DNA of 64,000 nucleotides. It comes from Octopus sinensis (Eukaryota). The stretch covers positions 23,932,001 through 23,996,000 of the forward strand of contig NC_043012.1 in the NCBI RefSeq assembly GCF_006345805.1, given 5' to 3'. Positions 48,786-62,159 of this stretch are shown in pieces (positions within the stretch are counted from its first letter, which is position 1; the number at the start of each line of letters is the position of its first letter). The notes below the pieces were generated by a model. The model ran no database searches. It was not told the DNA's origin and saw only the letters and a list, made by a program, of their open reading frames with translations. The position numbers and the translations under genes are program-made.

Positions 48786-50396
48786 ACATTATTGACAGTG
48801 ACTTTGAAGCTTTGGATATGGGAGAGAGCAGAAATGAAAAAAAAAAAATGTCCTCAACATATTTACTGAGAGTTACATATATTAATTAAAACAATTTGAT
48901 TTGGCTCCATGCGACTTAAAGTTTCCCAGGTTACTTAGAGAAACCGTAAGTTGCACAGGGCTGAATCAAATTGCTTTTTAATAATAATATTCACACACTC
49001 ACACATATATGTGTAGCTGCGTCCCATTTCCACTTCACAACTGTTGTTGGTTTGTTTACACCCTTGTAACGTAACTTAGCAGTTCAACTAAAGAGACTGA
49101 TAGAACAAGTACCAGAAAGAATAAATACTCGGGTCGATTCCTTCAATGGAATCCTTGACGATGGTGCTTCAGCTTGGCTGCAGTGCAGTACATGTAAAGG
49201 GCGGGGTGACAGAAGTGCAAAGTGTACGTCACATCACTAGGATTCAGTGTGCATTTAGGGGTGAATATTATAGATGCGTGTATGTATGTATGTATGTGTT
49301 TGTATGTGATGTACAGTAAGGTCATGAAATGTTAGAGGAGAAGGATGTGGAAGGGGGCAAGGCACACGAAACAGGGAGCAGGGAAGGGCCTGGTAGAGGA
49401 AAGAGCAGTGACGGATGAAGGTATAAAGATGGTGCGTACCGACAGGGTATTTTGCTAAGGCAAGCTGAATGCATAGGTCTTTGTAGTTGGCGTGTTTGGT
49501 TCCCAACTGTATGGTTGTGAGTTCAATATCCAGTAGGACATTGTGTCCTTGAGCAAGGCACTTCATTACACAATGCTTCGATCTAATCTGCTGGCAAAGA
49601 TGAGCTGCTCTTGTAATTGAAATGGGCCAACCATGTCATATTCTGTGTCTCACACAATCTCCCTGAGAAATATGTTCAGGGTACGCATGTCTGTAGAGTA
49701 CTCAGCCACTAGCATGTCAATTTCACAAGCAAGCTCTTCTATCAATCGGACTGACTGTTTCCTCATGCACACACACACAATATGTTATTCAAGGTGTTAT
49801 GGGGTGTGAAGGGGATGGACGAACAATGTGGTGTAGAGTAATGCTAGGGTTCGGTGGACAGAGGGATAGATATGGTCAGGGTTCAGAAAACAGGGGAGGT
49901 GAAGGGGATGCTATATCATGAGAGAGCATACATGTGTGTATGAATATATATATATATACTTACATGACATACATGCGTGCATATATGCAATCACAGATGC
50001 ATAGATACATATAAATATATAGGTATACATAGATATATATGTATACATAAACACATAGACATACACATGTGTGTAACACACACACACATATATATAATAT
50101 ATACACACACACATACAAACACTCACACATATATAAATATACACACACACACACACACACATATATAAATATACACACACACACACACACACATATATAA
50201 ATATACACACACACACACATATATATAATATATAATATATATATAATGTATATATATATATTCAAGCACACAAACACACGCACATCTGCATGCTTCTTTC
50301 TTCTGCCGTGTGGTCTGTTTATATAACTTTGCAGAGGGGGACAAATAGTTTCATTTCGATTAAACTATGTAAATATTTGAAGCTGATGAGAAGAAA

Positions 50397-50431
<35 letters not shown>

Positions 50432-51120
50432 ATGAGAAAGTACTTCTTCATATTCAAGTGTCTGCATATGACCGGGGCAAACAAAAGTGTGCCTATGAGT
50501 ACGTTAAGCTTGCATGAATGTGTCTGACGCAAACCGACTTAACTACATTTTCTTCTGTTTCCGCCTCTCCCTCCTCTTCTTTTTCCTCCTCCGACCCCTC
50601 CTCTTCGGAAGTTTCCACCTCTCGCCACCCCCCCTCTCTCTCTCTCTCTCTCCCTCTCTCCCTGTCTTCTCAGCTTCAATTAACCTAACAAGATTATCAT
50701 CACACATATATCTATCGCACCACGGAGGGAAGATCTTAATCTGCTTGTACAATACCTCCAAGACTTTGGATGGGTGATTTCCATGGTGTGCAAAAGATGA
50801 CCAAAGAATAAAAAACACACACACACACACAAAAAAAAATAATAAAACAAACACACAAAAAAAAATTAACTCTCAACTTTTGTTTCCTTACTCTTCCTAC
50901 TACTCTTTTAGTTCACTGACATCTAAAAAAAAAAAGTGGGGTGGTGACAAAACCCCTAACCAAAAAGTAAAAAATAAATAAATAAATAAACAGAATGAAA
51001 TAACATTCTTATAGCAAAAATTATTCAATTAATAAAACCATGAATTCCAGCTTTTTGAATAAGTCGGGGAATTATTAATTAAATCTCTCCAAAGTGATAA
51101 TTATGGAAGAAGAAATAATG

Positions 51121-51163
<43 letters not shown>

Positions 51164-51401
51164 CCAACAAAACAATCATCTTTTGCTGAGCATTTCTAAA
51201 ACATCTGGCAAGAAATTACCAGCAAATATGATTATATAGAACTTGGATTCTCACCTGTTTAGTCTTTTGGTAGGAGGAGTGAGAGAAAATAAATAAATAA
51301 ATAAATAAATAAATATGATGATGATGATGATGATGATAATGATGACGGTGATGATGATGACGATAATAATAATAAAAATAATGATAATAATAATTATAAT
51401 A

Positions 51402-51437
<36 letters not shown>

Positions 51438-51615
51438 AGGTAATAATAATAAGTAAAAATACATAACAATAAATAGAATTTAGGAAAATGAAATCCTAAA
51501 TAAAATAGCAAAATTAAAAAAAAAAAAACTAACGAAAATTACATGAGAAACAACCCCATCACCACATATTTATATATATGTGTATGTGTGTATAAAAATA
51601 TATATATATATATAC

Positions 51616-51687
<72 letters not shown>

Positions 51688-53129
51688 GAGGAAGACAAGA
51701 ATAAAAGTAAATAAATTGGAACAATAGAGATCATATAGAAGAAAAAAAGAAGAGCAAGAAGAAGATGAAAGAGAAACAGGGAGTGGGTTAGAGAAGAGAG
51801 AAAAACCAAAATATTAAATCAATAATTTCATATGACTTTGCTTTATTGCACAGACTTGCCTTTCCTCTTTCCAACCATTGTCACTGCCACTACGTCACCA
51901 GCAGCACATCTTCCTCATCTTCTTTCATCTCACCTTTCCTCACCACCACCACCACCACCCTCCCTGTCTTTCTCTTCTTTCGCTCTTTACCAGAATATCA
52001 CACCAGCCGTGCTAGATTACCCCCTCACTGACTTTGGCACCAAACCTGCTATTGTCTGAAGAGAGTGTTGGGCGCTGAGCAAGTTGTCAGAGAGGTGATT
52101 CAAGGTCGGTTCCACCCTAGCGTTCGCGCACCTCAGTCAGCCACCGACACACTCACTCACACGTATCCCAAATGTATGCACACACATTCGCATTTACACA
52201 TTGTATGTACATGCGCGCGCACACACACACACATTCATGTACAGATTTCTGAGTTCCTTCACTGACAAAAAAAAAAACTCAAGCCAACCACATATCAAAA
52301 CAAACATGTACGGATGTTTATAAACAGAGATGAGTTGTTAAGAAGTATGTTTCACAATCATGAGGCCCCAGGTTCAACCCCACTGCATGGCATCTTGGGA
52401 AAATGTCTTATCATAGTCTTGGCTGACCCAGGCATGGAGAAGTAAAATTAGAGAGACAAAAACTGTTCCGAAGCCCATCAAAGAATTACAGCTGTCACAT
52501 CAGCCGTCAGCCTGATACCCTACCTGTGTCCTAGGGGTCAGCTTGTCAAAATCCTTCAGTTTCCTCTGCGTTGTGCTGCATTCATACAACCAGTCAGGTT
52601 CTTGTTTCTAGTCCTTTCTTTAAAGTCATCAGTTCACAAATATCTTTGACAGCTTCTCTGCTCTCCTTCCCTACATATTTCCTCTCATGACTCATGGCAT
52701 CCACACTTCTTCTCTATTGCTCCATACATTGTCTGTGGTCCTGCCTCCAAGAGGACAACTATCATTGTATAACATTTTACAAGCCTCAATGTTAGACGTA
52801 GCGCCATGGCTTTTGAGGTGAAGATCTTCTTCATTCTTACAAATGTTCTTCTTTGAATAATTTATTCTGTACAGAGACACATATCACTGGAATACTCGGC
52901 CACTTGGACATAAATTTAATGGAATTCGTAGGCCATGCCTGGTTGTCTATATGCAAATTTCTGAATGTTGAAGTGTTTAAAGTTTTGACATAAGGTGTAT
53001 TTATTGTCATTGCATGGTTGAGTGAGGTTAGGTCTCACTGGTCAGATAGAATCAGATTAGGAGATGAGCAGATTAAGAGATGAGCAGATTAGGAGATGAG
53101 CATGATTTGTGTGAGATGTGTGGTTCAAA

Positions 53130-53575
53130 AGTCATTGGAATGCAGCCGTGCTGGGACACCACACAGAAGGGGTTTTAATTTCATTGAATAAATTGATCCT
53201 GTTGCTTATTATTTGGTACTAATTTTATTGGTCTCTTTTGCCAATCTCGTAAGTTACAGGGAGGTTAACAAACCAACACTGGTTCTCAAGTGTTGGTGAG
53301 AGGGAAAAACAAAAACACAGAAGCATACATATATAGCTACAAAGTATAATTTTCTTGAAGCATGTGTATGTATGTGTGTGTGTGTATATATACATATATA
53401 TGTGCGTGTGTGATGAGCATCCACACAGTTTCCATTTACCAAATTCACGCACAAGCCATTTGTTGGTCCAAAGTTATGGTAGAAGACACCCTTCCAAGGT
53501 GGCATGCAGTGGGACTGAACCCAAAACAACAGGGCTGCAAAGTGAGCTGCTTAACCACACAGCCATGCTTGCATC
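53130..53575 (-). mobile_element. SINE family A, old
   Basis: GCAGCCGTGCTGGGACACC...GGTGGCATGCAGTGGGACTGAACCC...ACCACACAGCCATGC. Confidence 0.75.
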
Positions 53576-54942
53576 CTAAAGTAAACAATATATTGTTTAA
53601 AAAAAAAAAAGCGGGGAATGATTTCTAATTTGATCCCAGATCCTTAATTGGTAAAAGGCACAAGCATGGCTTTCTGGCTTGCATCCCAACCACATGGTTC
53701 TGGGTTCAGTCCCACTATGTGGAACCTTGGGCAGGTGTCTTCTGCTACAGCCCCAGCTCAGCCACAGCCACTTGTGTGAGTGTGTGCATGTGTGTGTATA
53801 CATATGCATGGTGTGCACACATGCACAGACACACACATACATACTGAGGGCACATGACTCTGGGTATTCAGCTCACAGTTGTACAGATCTGAGTTCAATT
53901 CCTGACTGCACATTGTGTCCTTAAGCAAGTCTCTTTATTTTACACAGCTCCAGTTCACTCGATTCCCCACCCCCCTCTGCACTCTGTTTCTTATTAATAT
54001 GGAACCGTGCAGTTTGAGAGGGAATTATGGATGTTATTTCTATTAAGGAGAGGAACAATGGGGTTACCATGACAAATTGTATACTTTGTTTATTTTTTTC
54101 TGGACAGGTCACTTAATTTTACATTACCTTAGACTCACCAAACGGTTGGAACTGGGTAACATTGCTATGTGCCAGGTGATAATTCAGTGTCTTATCCAGA
54201 GAAGGGGATGAGGGAAATAGAAAGGGGGACAGAGAGGAGAGAGAGTAGGGTGAGGGGAAGAGAGAGAAAGAGGGAGTTGTATTCCTTGTCTTTTTAATAG
54301 TGTCGAAACTAGAATTAAGCCATGCATTCTCAGAATGGATCTCTGTAATTCACAAAAGAATAAGCAATAACTATCTCTCTCTCTCTCTCTCTCTCTCTCC
54401 CTTAGTTATTGTTATTTCAGCTGCCGGGTAAGCATTCATTGATATATTGTGAAAATCTTCAGTGTTATTCGCAGGAACAAGATTCTGGAATCATTCCGAT
54501 ACCTGATTTTTTTTTTTTTTTTTTCTGCAAATTCACAAAGGTACAAATTCATAGAAAACAAAGATCTAGAATTTTGCTATGTTAATGCTTTTCTCCCCAA
54601 AAGACACTGGAAATTTAAATGGAATGAAGAAGATTCAACACAAGATGTATGACAAGGTACAGTGAAGAAAGTACCATGTGCCTATCCACTTCGGTAAGTT
54701 ATCCAAGACAAACTTGAGCGATATTCAGAAGAATATTAATCTCACATCAGCCTGCTAGTATTAATTTGATGGACCCTTTGTCATTTAAATAAAGGATTGC
54801 ATTCTATCAATAAGACCTGGAACCATCTTCACATTTCAGATCAGAGAGACTTAGCTATGTCATGGGTTTGCATGGTTGACACCAGTTGGACCCAACATTT
54901 CCTTTGGTCACACCTTAAAAGAAAAAAAAAAAGAGCCGAAGT

Positions 54943-55349
54943 ATAGGCGCAGGAGTGGCTGTGTGGTAAGTAGCTTGCTAACCAACCACATGGTTCCGGA
55001 TTCAGTCCCACTGCATGGCACCTTGGGTAAGTGTCTTCTGCTATAGCCCCAGGCCGACCAATGCCTTGTGAGTGGATTTGGTAGACGGAAACTGAAAGAA
55101 GCCTGTCGTATATGTGTATATGTATGTGTGTGTGTTTGTGTGTCTGTGTTTGTCCCCCTAGCATTGCTTGACAACCGATGCTGGTGTATTTACGTCCCCG
55201 TCACTTAGTGGTTCGGCAAAAGAGTCCGATAGAATAAGTACTGGGCTTACAAAGAATAAGCCCCGGGGTTGATTTGCTCGACTAAAAAAAGGCGGTGCTC
55301 CAGCATGGCCGCAGTCAAATGACTGAAACAAGTAAAAGAGTAAAGAGTA
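54943..55349 (+). mobile_element. SINE family A, full-length, young
   Basis: ATAGGCGCAGGAGTGGCTGTGTGGTAAG ... AAGTAAAAGAGTAAAGAGT. Confidence 0.95.
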
Positions 55350-55581
55350 TGAAATAGTGACTAAACAGATTGATTAAGAAAACTTCATGTCAGAAGTAAC
55401 CTGAGCGTGTGGCACTGACAAGCTGCAAAAACGATGAAATGTGCACCTCTTACCTGTGCAATAGCTTCTGAGATGATTTCATTTTATCTAACTCCGAAGT
55501 ATTTTCAAAACAGAATTATTCCTGAGATGACCAAAGCAGCCCAGGTAAAGATTATAATTAGGAACTACTTGTATTGAAGTA

Positions 55582-55880
55582 GAGGCACATGGCCTAGTGG
55601 TTAGAGCAGCGGACTTGTAGTTGAGGGATCGCAGGTTCGAATCTCAGACCGGGTGATGCGTGTGTTTAGGAGCGAAAACACTTAAGCTCCACGCGGCTCC
55701 GGCAGAACGTAATGGCAAACTTCTACCAACTCTTTCGCTACAACTTTCTCTTACTCTTTCCTCCTGCATCTTGCAGCTCACCTGTGACGGACCAGCGTCC
55801 CGTCCAGGTGGGGAACCTATACGCCAAGAACCTGGGAAACTGGCCCTTATGAGCCAGGCATGGCTCAAGAAGGAACAAAC
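55582..55880 (+). mobile_element. SINE family B head with a different (Meta-domain-like) tail
   Basis: Head and body match 4233-4422. Tail CCTGTGACGGACCAGCGTCCCGTCCAGG...CCCTTATGAGCC resembles the recalled MetaSINE domain. Confidence 0.8.
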
Positions 55881-56435
55881 TTCTATTGAAGAATTTGAAT
55901 TTGTTCAGTGTAGCAGCCTCTCTGCAAATCCAGAAAATTGTTTATTTATTGATTCTATATCCTTCAGACTGGCCAAAGCAAAAATGCATATCTACCACTC
56001 TTACAGCGGCTTTCCTGGACCATTTCATCCAGCTCTGAGTAAGTATATTCTATTTTTAATGCAGCACATCAATAAAAGGAATCTTTCTCAAGAACACTAT
56101 TGCAACAATCTGACTTTCAGTTTGCAATACAGATAAAAATCTAAATAATAACTTTTTGGGAATTTAGGGACAAGGTCAGTGAATTGAAAACAAATTAAGC
56201 ACATCACTTTTTCCAAAATTGAAAGGGTGAAAGGAAAAGCTGATGTGGTCAGGATTTGAACTCAGAATAAACAGCTAAAACAAAATTACTAAAAAGCAAT
56301 TATTTTCTCGATGCTCAAACAATATTGCCATTATATAATGATTCTGGATGTGAATGAAGGAACTCTAAAATGTGTACATGCAAGTACAAATTTGTGTGTG
56401 TGTGTGTGTGCATGTGTGTGTAGATATATGTGTAT

Positions 56436-56666
56436 AAGGCGGCGAGCTGGCAGAAACGTTAGCACACCGGGCGAAATGCTTAGCTGTATTGAGTCTGTCG
56501 TTGCGTTCTGAGTTCAAATTCCGCCGAGGTCGACTTTGCCTTTCATCCTTTCGGGGTCGATAAATTAAGTACCAGTTACGCACTGGGGTCGATGTAATCG
56601 ACTTAATCCATTTGTCTGTCCTTGTTTGTCCCTTCTATGTTTAGCCCCTTGTGGGCAATAAAGAAA
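56436..56666 (+). mobile_element. Nin/Deu-domain SINE, young, full-length
   Basis: AGGCGGCGAGCTGGCAGAA head, GAGTTCAAATTCC B box, GCCTTTCATCCTTTCGGGGTCGATAAATTAAGTACCAG Deu/Nin motif. Confidence 0.9.
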
Positions 56667-56751
56667 CAGATATATGTGTATAAATATGTGTGTACATACA
56701 TATGTATATATATATGTGTGTGTGTTTATATATGTACATAAACGCAGGAGT

Positions 56752-56929
56752 ATAGGCGCAGGAGTAACTGTGTGGTAAGTAGCTTGCTTATCAACCACAT
56801 GGTTCCGGGTTCAGTCCCACTGCGTGGCATCTTGGGCAAGTGTCTTCTGCTATAGCCTCGGGCCGACCAATGCCTTGTAAGTGGATTTGGTAGACGGAAA
56901 CTGAAAGAAGCCTGTCATATATATGTGTG

Positions 56930-56960
<31 letters not shown>

Positions 56961-57177
56961 AAATGTTTGAGTGTCTGTGCTTGTCCCCCCCCCCATCACT
57001 TGACAACCGATGCTGGTGTGTTTACGTCCCCGTCACTTAGCGGTTCGGCAAAAAGAGACCGATAGAATAAGTACTGGGCTTACATAGAATAAGTCCCGGG
57101 GTCGATTTGCTCGACTAAAGGTGGTGTTCCAGCATGGCCACAGTCAAATGACTGAAGCAAGTAAAAGAGTAAAAGAG
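56752..57177 (+). mobile_element. SINE family A, full-length, young
   Basis: Complete copy, preceded by a short duplicate of its own 5' sequence (CGCAGGAGT at 56743). Confidence 0.95.
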
Positions 57178-58014
57178 AGAGAGAGAGAGAGAGTATCTAT
57201 GCATGACTAGAGTGTGAGTGAATTACTGTGTACGTGGTTATGCTGTGTCAGTGCTAGGATGTCGTTCCACTCACATGTTTCCTGGATGACCTACCACCAA
57301 CAACACATCCACCAACCTGCCACTACCCACACCCACACCTCCACCCATTCCTGTGAATTTGTTTCTGAGTCTGAGAATTAATTACTAACATTCTTTTTCT
57401 TGTTCCTTATTTCCATTGTCTTTTTTTTTTTCATTACACTTTGTTTATTTAATTGCATAGACTAAGTTGAGGGATGATTCCAAAAAGCAAGAATATCGAA
57501 TGTTGATGTTCTACAATTTTTTTGATGTGGGTTTGCTAGGTTTATAATTTTGTAGTTATTTTTCTTTACTGTTATCATCAATATTGTTCGTGTTGCTGTT
57601 TATCATTATTAAGTATTATTATCATTATTACTAATATTGCTACCCTTAATCTGAAAAAAAAAAACAACAATAACAAGAACAGCAACAACAAAAAAGATGA
57701 AGAAGAAAAAAAAAACAACCCCCGAAAATCGAAGACTAAAATATTTCCAACTGAGCCAATAAATTTTAAATGTGATTATTAGTGGTGGAATCCGATATTT
57801 CTATATTTCTGTTCTTTGAGAATTACCAATAATAATAGTTTACACCTACTTTGACGAAATAGTTTCAAAATCTCTAAGAATCTAAGATTAGAGATTTCAT
57901 TTCAAACATTGTTTCACCATGATTTACAGTCACTTTGCACCCCCACCTCTCTCCTTCCCTCCCTCCTCCTCTCTCTCTCTACTTATATATATATATATAT
58001 ATCTATATACATAT

Positions 58015-58071
<57 letters not shown>

Positions 58072-60385
58072 CATGTATAAATATATATATACACACATAA
58101 ATATATAAATATATATATATGCATACATAAATATATAAATATATATATATATGCACACATAAATACATACATATATATATATATACACACATACATACAC
58201 ATTATATACATACACACATACATACACATTATATACATATACACATACATACATACATACACACATACATACATATATATATATACACACACATACATAC
58301 ATATATATATATACACACACATATACATATATATATACACATATATACATACATACATATATATATACATACATACATACATATATATACACACACATAG
58401 ATACATACATATATATATATATACACACATACAGAAATATTCACATGTATCTCTCATTGTAGCTATCTATCCACATGCCTATCTATCTATACACACACAC
58501 ATTTTATTTAGCTATATTAACTATAAAAATATAAACCCTGCAAACCCACATCAAACAGTTGTAGAACATGCATGTTAAGCATTCTTGGGACTAGAATTAT
58601 TCCTCCACCCTGTGCACAGAAATAAACAAAAACAATAAAGCAACCAAAAAAAAGAAATGAACAAAAAACAAAAAAAAAACCCTTAAAGCCTTTATAATTA
58701 ACTTTATGGTCTCAGAAGTGAAAAACATAAGAATTTTATGTCATTGGATGGGTTGAAGTATTGGGGTAGGGACTGAATGGGTGGCTGTGATGTGGGTGGT
58801 TCGACCATCCAGAAGATGGTGAGAGTGGGATGGGGGGAAAAGCAAACAGCTGACGATGATGACAATAATGATAGTGAGGACAATGGTGATGATAGTGATG
58901 ATGATGATGATGCAGACCTATGATCAGAGGCTTTCCAGCCATGACCATCTCACATTTTTTCCCCAAATACAAAGGAAACATGGACAACATTATCTGACAC
59001 ACCGTAATATTTTGTTCAAGACGTTTGTGATTTAAGGGACAAATTAACTGCTATTTCTATCAAGTTCAATGGCCCCTGACAAGTGGTGGTGGTGGTGCTG
59101 CTGGTTGTGCTGTCAAAGGAGAGGATGTGGGGGCAGAGTGGGGATTGATGTTGAAATGTTTTATTATTTTGTTTGAATGGGGACAGTAAATTGTACGAAC
59201 AAGGCCCTTTTTTTTCCATTTTTTTAAAAAAAGAAGATATTTATGTATTTATTTCAGTTATTTAATACTGGGTGAAGAGACTGTTATATAATTAAAAATG
59301 CTTGCGTGCATGTGTGTATGTGTGGGGGGGGGTCTGTGCTTCTGTCTTTGGTGTATTTATGCAGACATCAGTGCCTCCTTGGTTGAACTCAAAATGAAAT
59401 AAAAAAAAAAAAAAAGAAATAAATAGATAAATAATACACCAAAATAAAATTTAAAAAAACAAGAGGGTGGGGTGGATGCATGCATGCACACAGCAGGCAG
59501 GCAGCAGTGACAGAGATGACAGTGTGTCGGCAGTGGGAGCATAGCACAACTGATGGACAACAAGCCCCAGAAATGACAACACACCAGATACTTGAAACAC
59601 ACACACACACACACACAAAACCTTTGCAATCGCCCCCACGCCACCATCGCCCCTACCTCCCCCCACTCCATCTGCTAACTCTCTTTCTGGTAGTTAATAT
59701 AATACATTATCCGCTATTATTGATAAGAATAGGTTGTGGTGGTGGTGGTGGATGGGAAGTAGTGTTGTGCTCATGATAATGGTGTTGGTGGTGGTGGTGG
59801 TATCGATAGTGACGGCGTTGGTGGCAGTGTTGTTGTTTGTTGGTAGTGGTGGTCATGATGAGAGAAAAGGATTCATAATTTCTAACGCACACCCAACCAC
59901 CTTAACCACCTCCCTTTCTCTGTCATCCTCATAATGACAACACCAGCAGCACCAACAGCAGCAGATTATATGTCAGCAAGGCAACCCCCCCACCACCACC
60001 ACCAACACCGCCCTCACTACTGCCATCTTTGATTGGCACTTTTCCTGGCATTATCCTCACCAAATTTCCAATCAGACTCTGAAAAGGAAGACATCATCAA
60101 TGACATCAACATCAGCCACACTCCCAGCCAAACAACCACCACATACACACACTATAACCATCACCATCAGCACCACCACCACCAGCGTTATAAATATCAC
60201 CATCAGCATCACCACCAACATAACAGCCAATACCAACACCATCACCACCAACATCATCCTCACTACCATGATCATCACTGCCACCATCAGCACCACCATC
60301 AGACAGCATTAACAACATCACTTTCACAAACACCACCAACAACAAATTAGAAATAACAGCCAATTCTTACTCAAGTCACATCCTA

Positions 60386-60690
60386 CATCATCACCATCAT
60401 CATCATCATCGTTTAGCATCCGCTTTCCATGCTAGCATGGGTTGGATGGTTCAACTGGGGTCTGGGAAGCCAGAAGGCTGCACCAGGCCCAGTCTGATCT
60501 GGCAATGTTTCTACGGCTGGATGCCCTTCCTAACGCCAACCTCTCCGAGAGTGTAGTGGGTGCTTTTTACGTGCCACCTGCACGAGGCCAGTCGGGGTGG
60601 CACTGGCAACGGCCACGTTTGGGTGGTTCCCTTACGCACCGCCGGCATTGGTACCACAGCTGCAATTTCCATTGATGTTGATCGATTTCA
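60386..60690 (-). mobile_element. RTE-related 3'-end copy
   Basis: (CAT)n, CCATGCTAGCATGG, CTGGATGCCCTTCCTAACGCCAACC, GGTGCTTTTTACGTGCCACC. Confidence 0.85.
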
Positions 60691-62116
60691 ATTTTTTTTT
60701 TTAGGAAAAGCCAGTGATTAATGTAGCTCTGTATTTCCAGACAGGGTGGTCACAACTGGAATACATTTAATTACCACTTGGTTTGATCTTGGTTCACTTG
60801 AGGTTAAATACTGCCATCACTGACAACAATAGCATAAGCCAAAAAAGAAGCTTCTACAGAGTTTCTTAATATGCTAGAGATAACAGCCAACTGTTCACCA
60901 TGTCACCCCACCTCTCTCTCTCTCGTTCTAAATGGGAAAGTCATGTGTTCGCCTTTCATGCTAGACACCCATTTCTGTTCCTCTCTCATTCTTTAATAAT
61001 TCCACTTCTTTCAATATTAAACCCGACTTAGTTGAGGGGGTCTCATCTTGCAAGTACTCAGTGACCTCACAAGTGCTGGTGACACATAAAAGGCCCCGAG
61101 TACACTCTGTGAAGTGGTTCGCATTAAGAGGGGCATCCCGCTGTAAAAACCATGCCAAAATAAACACTGGAGTCTGGTGGAATCCTTTGGCTCTTCATTT
61201 CATGTCCAACTGTCTGACCCATGCCCATATGGAACAAAGGACATCAAATGATAATGATACACACAGAGGGCTTCTTTCAGTTTCCACATCCACTCACAAA
61301 GCCTTGGTTGACCCGGGTCTATAGTTGAAGTTACTTGCCCAAGGTGACATGCCAAGGGACTGAACCCAAAACCCTGTAGTTGGAAAATGAACTTGTCAGC
61401 CATGCATCTGTTGCTGCAGATTATATTCTCCCTGGATGGGATGCCAGTCCTTCGCATTGTTACTCGTTTACAGGTGAACGGACTGGGGCAATGTTTAAAA
61501 TGAAATGTTTTATTCACAAACACTGCTTGGTCCAGGAATTGAAAACAGGATCCTGTGGTTGTGAGTGAAACACCTCAATCGCTAGGCCATATGCCTTCAG
61601 GAGGATGGTGGAGACGGTGGTGAACATGAAGGCAGTGGTGGTTTATGGTAGAAGCTGAGGTGATGGAGGGAGCGGATGTATGAATGGTGGTGGGGGATGG
61701 GGAATGTGATGATGGAGGTGGGGATGATGGGGGTGTTGGAGGATGATGATGATGATAGAAATGATAATGGTGAGAGTGAAGGTGGTGGTGAAGGTAGTGA
61801 TGATGATGGTGGTGGTGGTGATGGTGTAGGAAGTAAGTAGTTTGTGATAGTGGTGATGGTTAGAGGTGGAGGGGAGATGATGGAGGAGGAGGCAGTGGCA
61901 TAGAGGTAGAAGTAATGATGGTGGCAATGGTGGTGGGACAGAAATGCTCAAATGTTTGTTATGCTTCACTTTTGTTATTCTAAGACAACAACAACAACAA
62001 CAACAAAACTGATGTGTGCTTCAAAAGGAAAGAAAATTGGTTTTATAGAATTAAATTAACATATTTAAAATTTTGGCTATCTTAATATGTGTTGGTATGT
62101 ATATGTAGGTGTGCAT

Positions 62117-62159
<43 letters not shown>

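Noticed and set aside
53053-53100. Three copies of a 16-bp unit (CAGATTAGGAGATGAG), plus similar short duplications near 9265, 13699, 19322 and 33181
   Set aside because: These are ordinary local slippage duplications with no further structure.
10165-61255. Apparent minus-strand bias of RTE 3'-end copies
   Set aside because: The bias weakens once older plus-strand copies (7617, 9560, 39660, 61050) are counted, and the numbers are too small.
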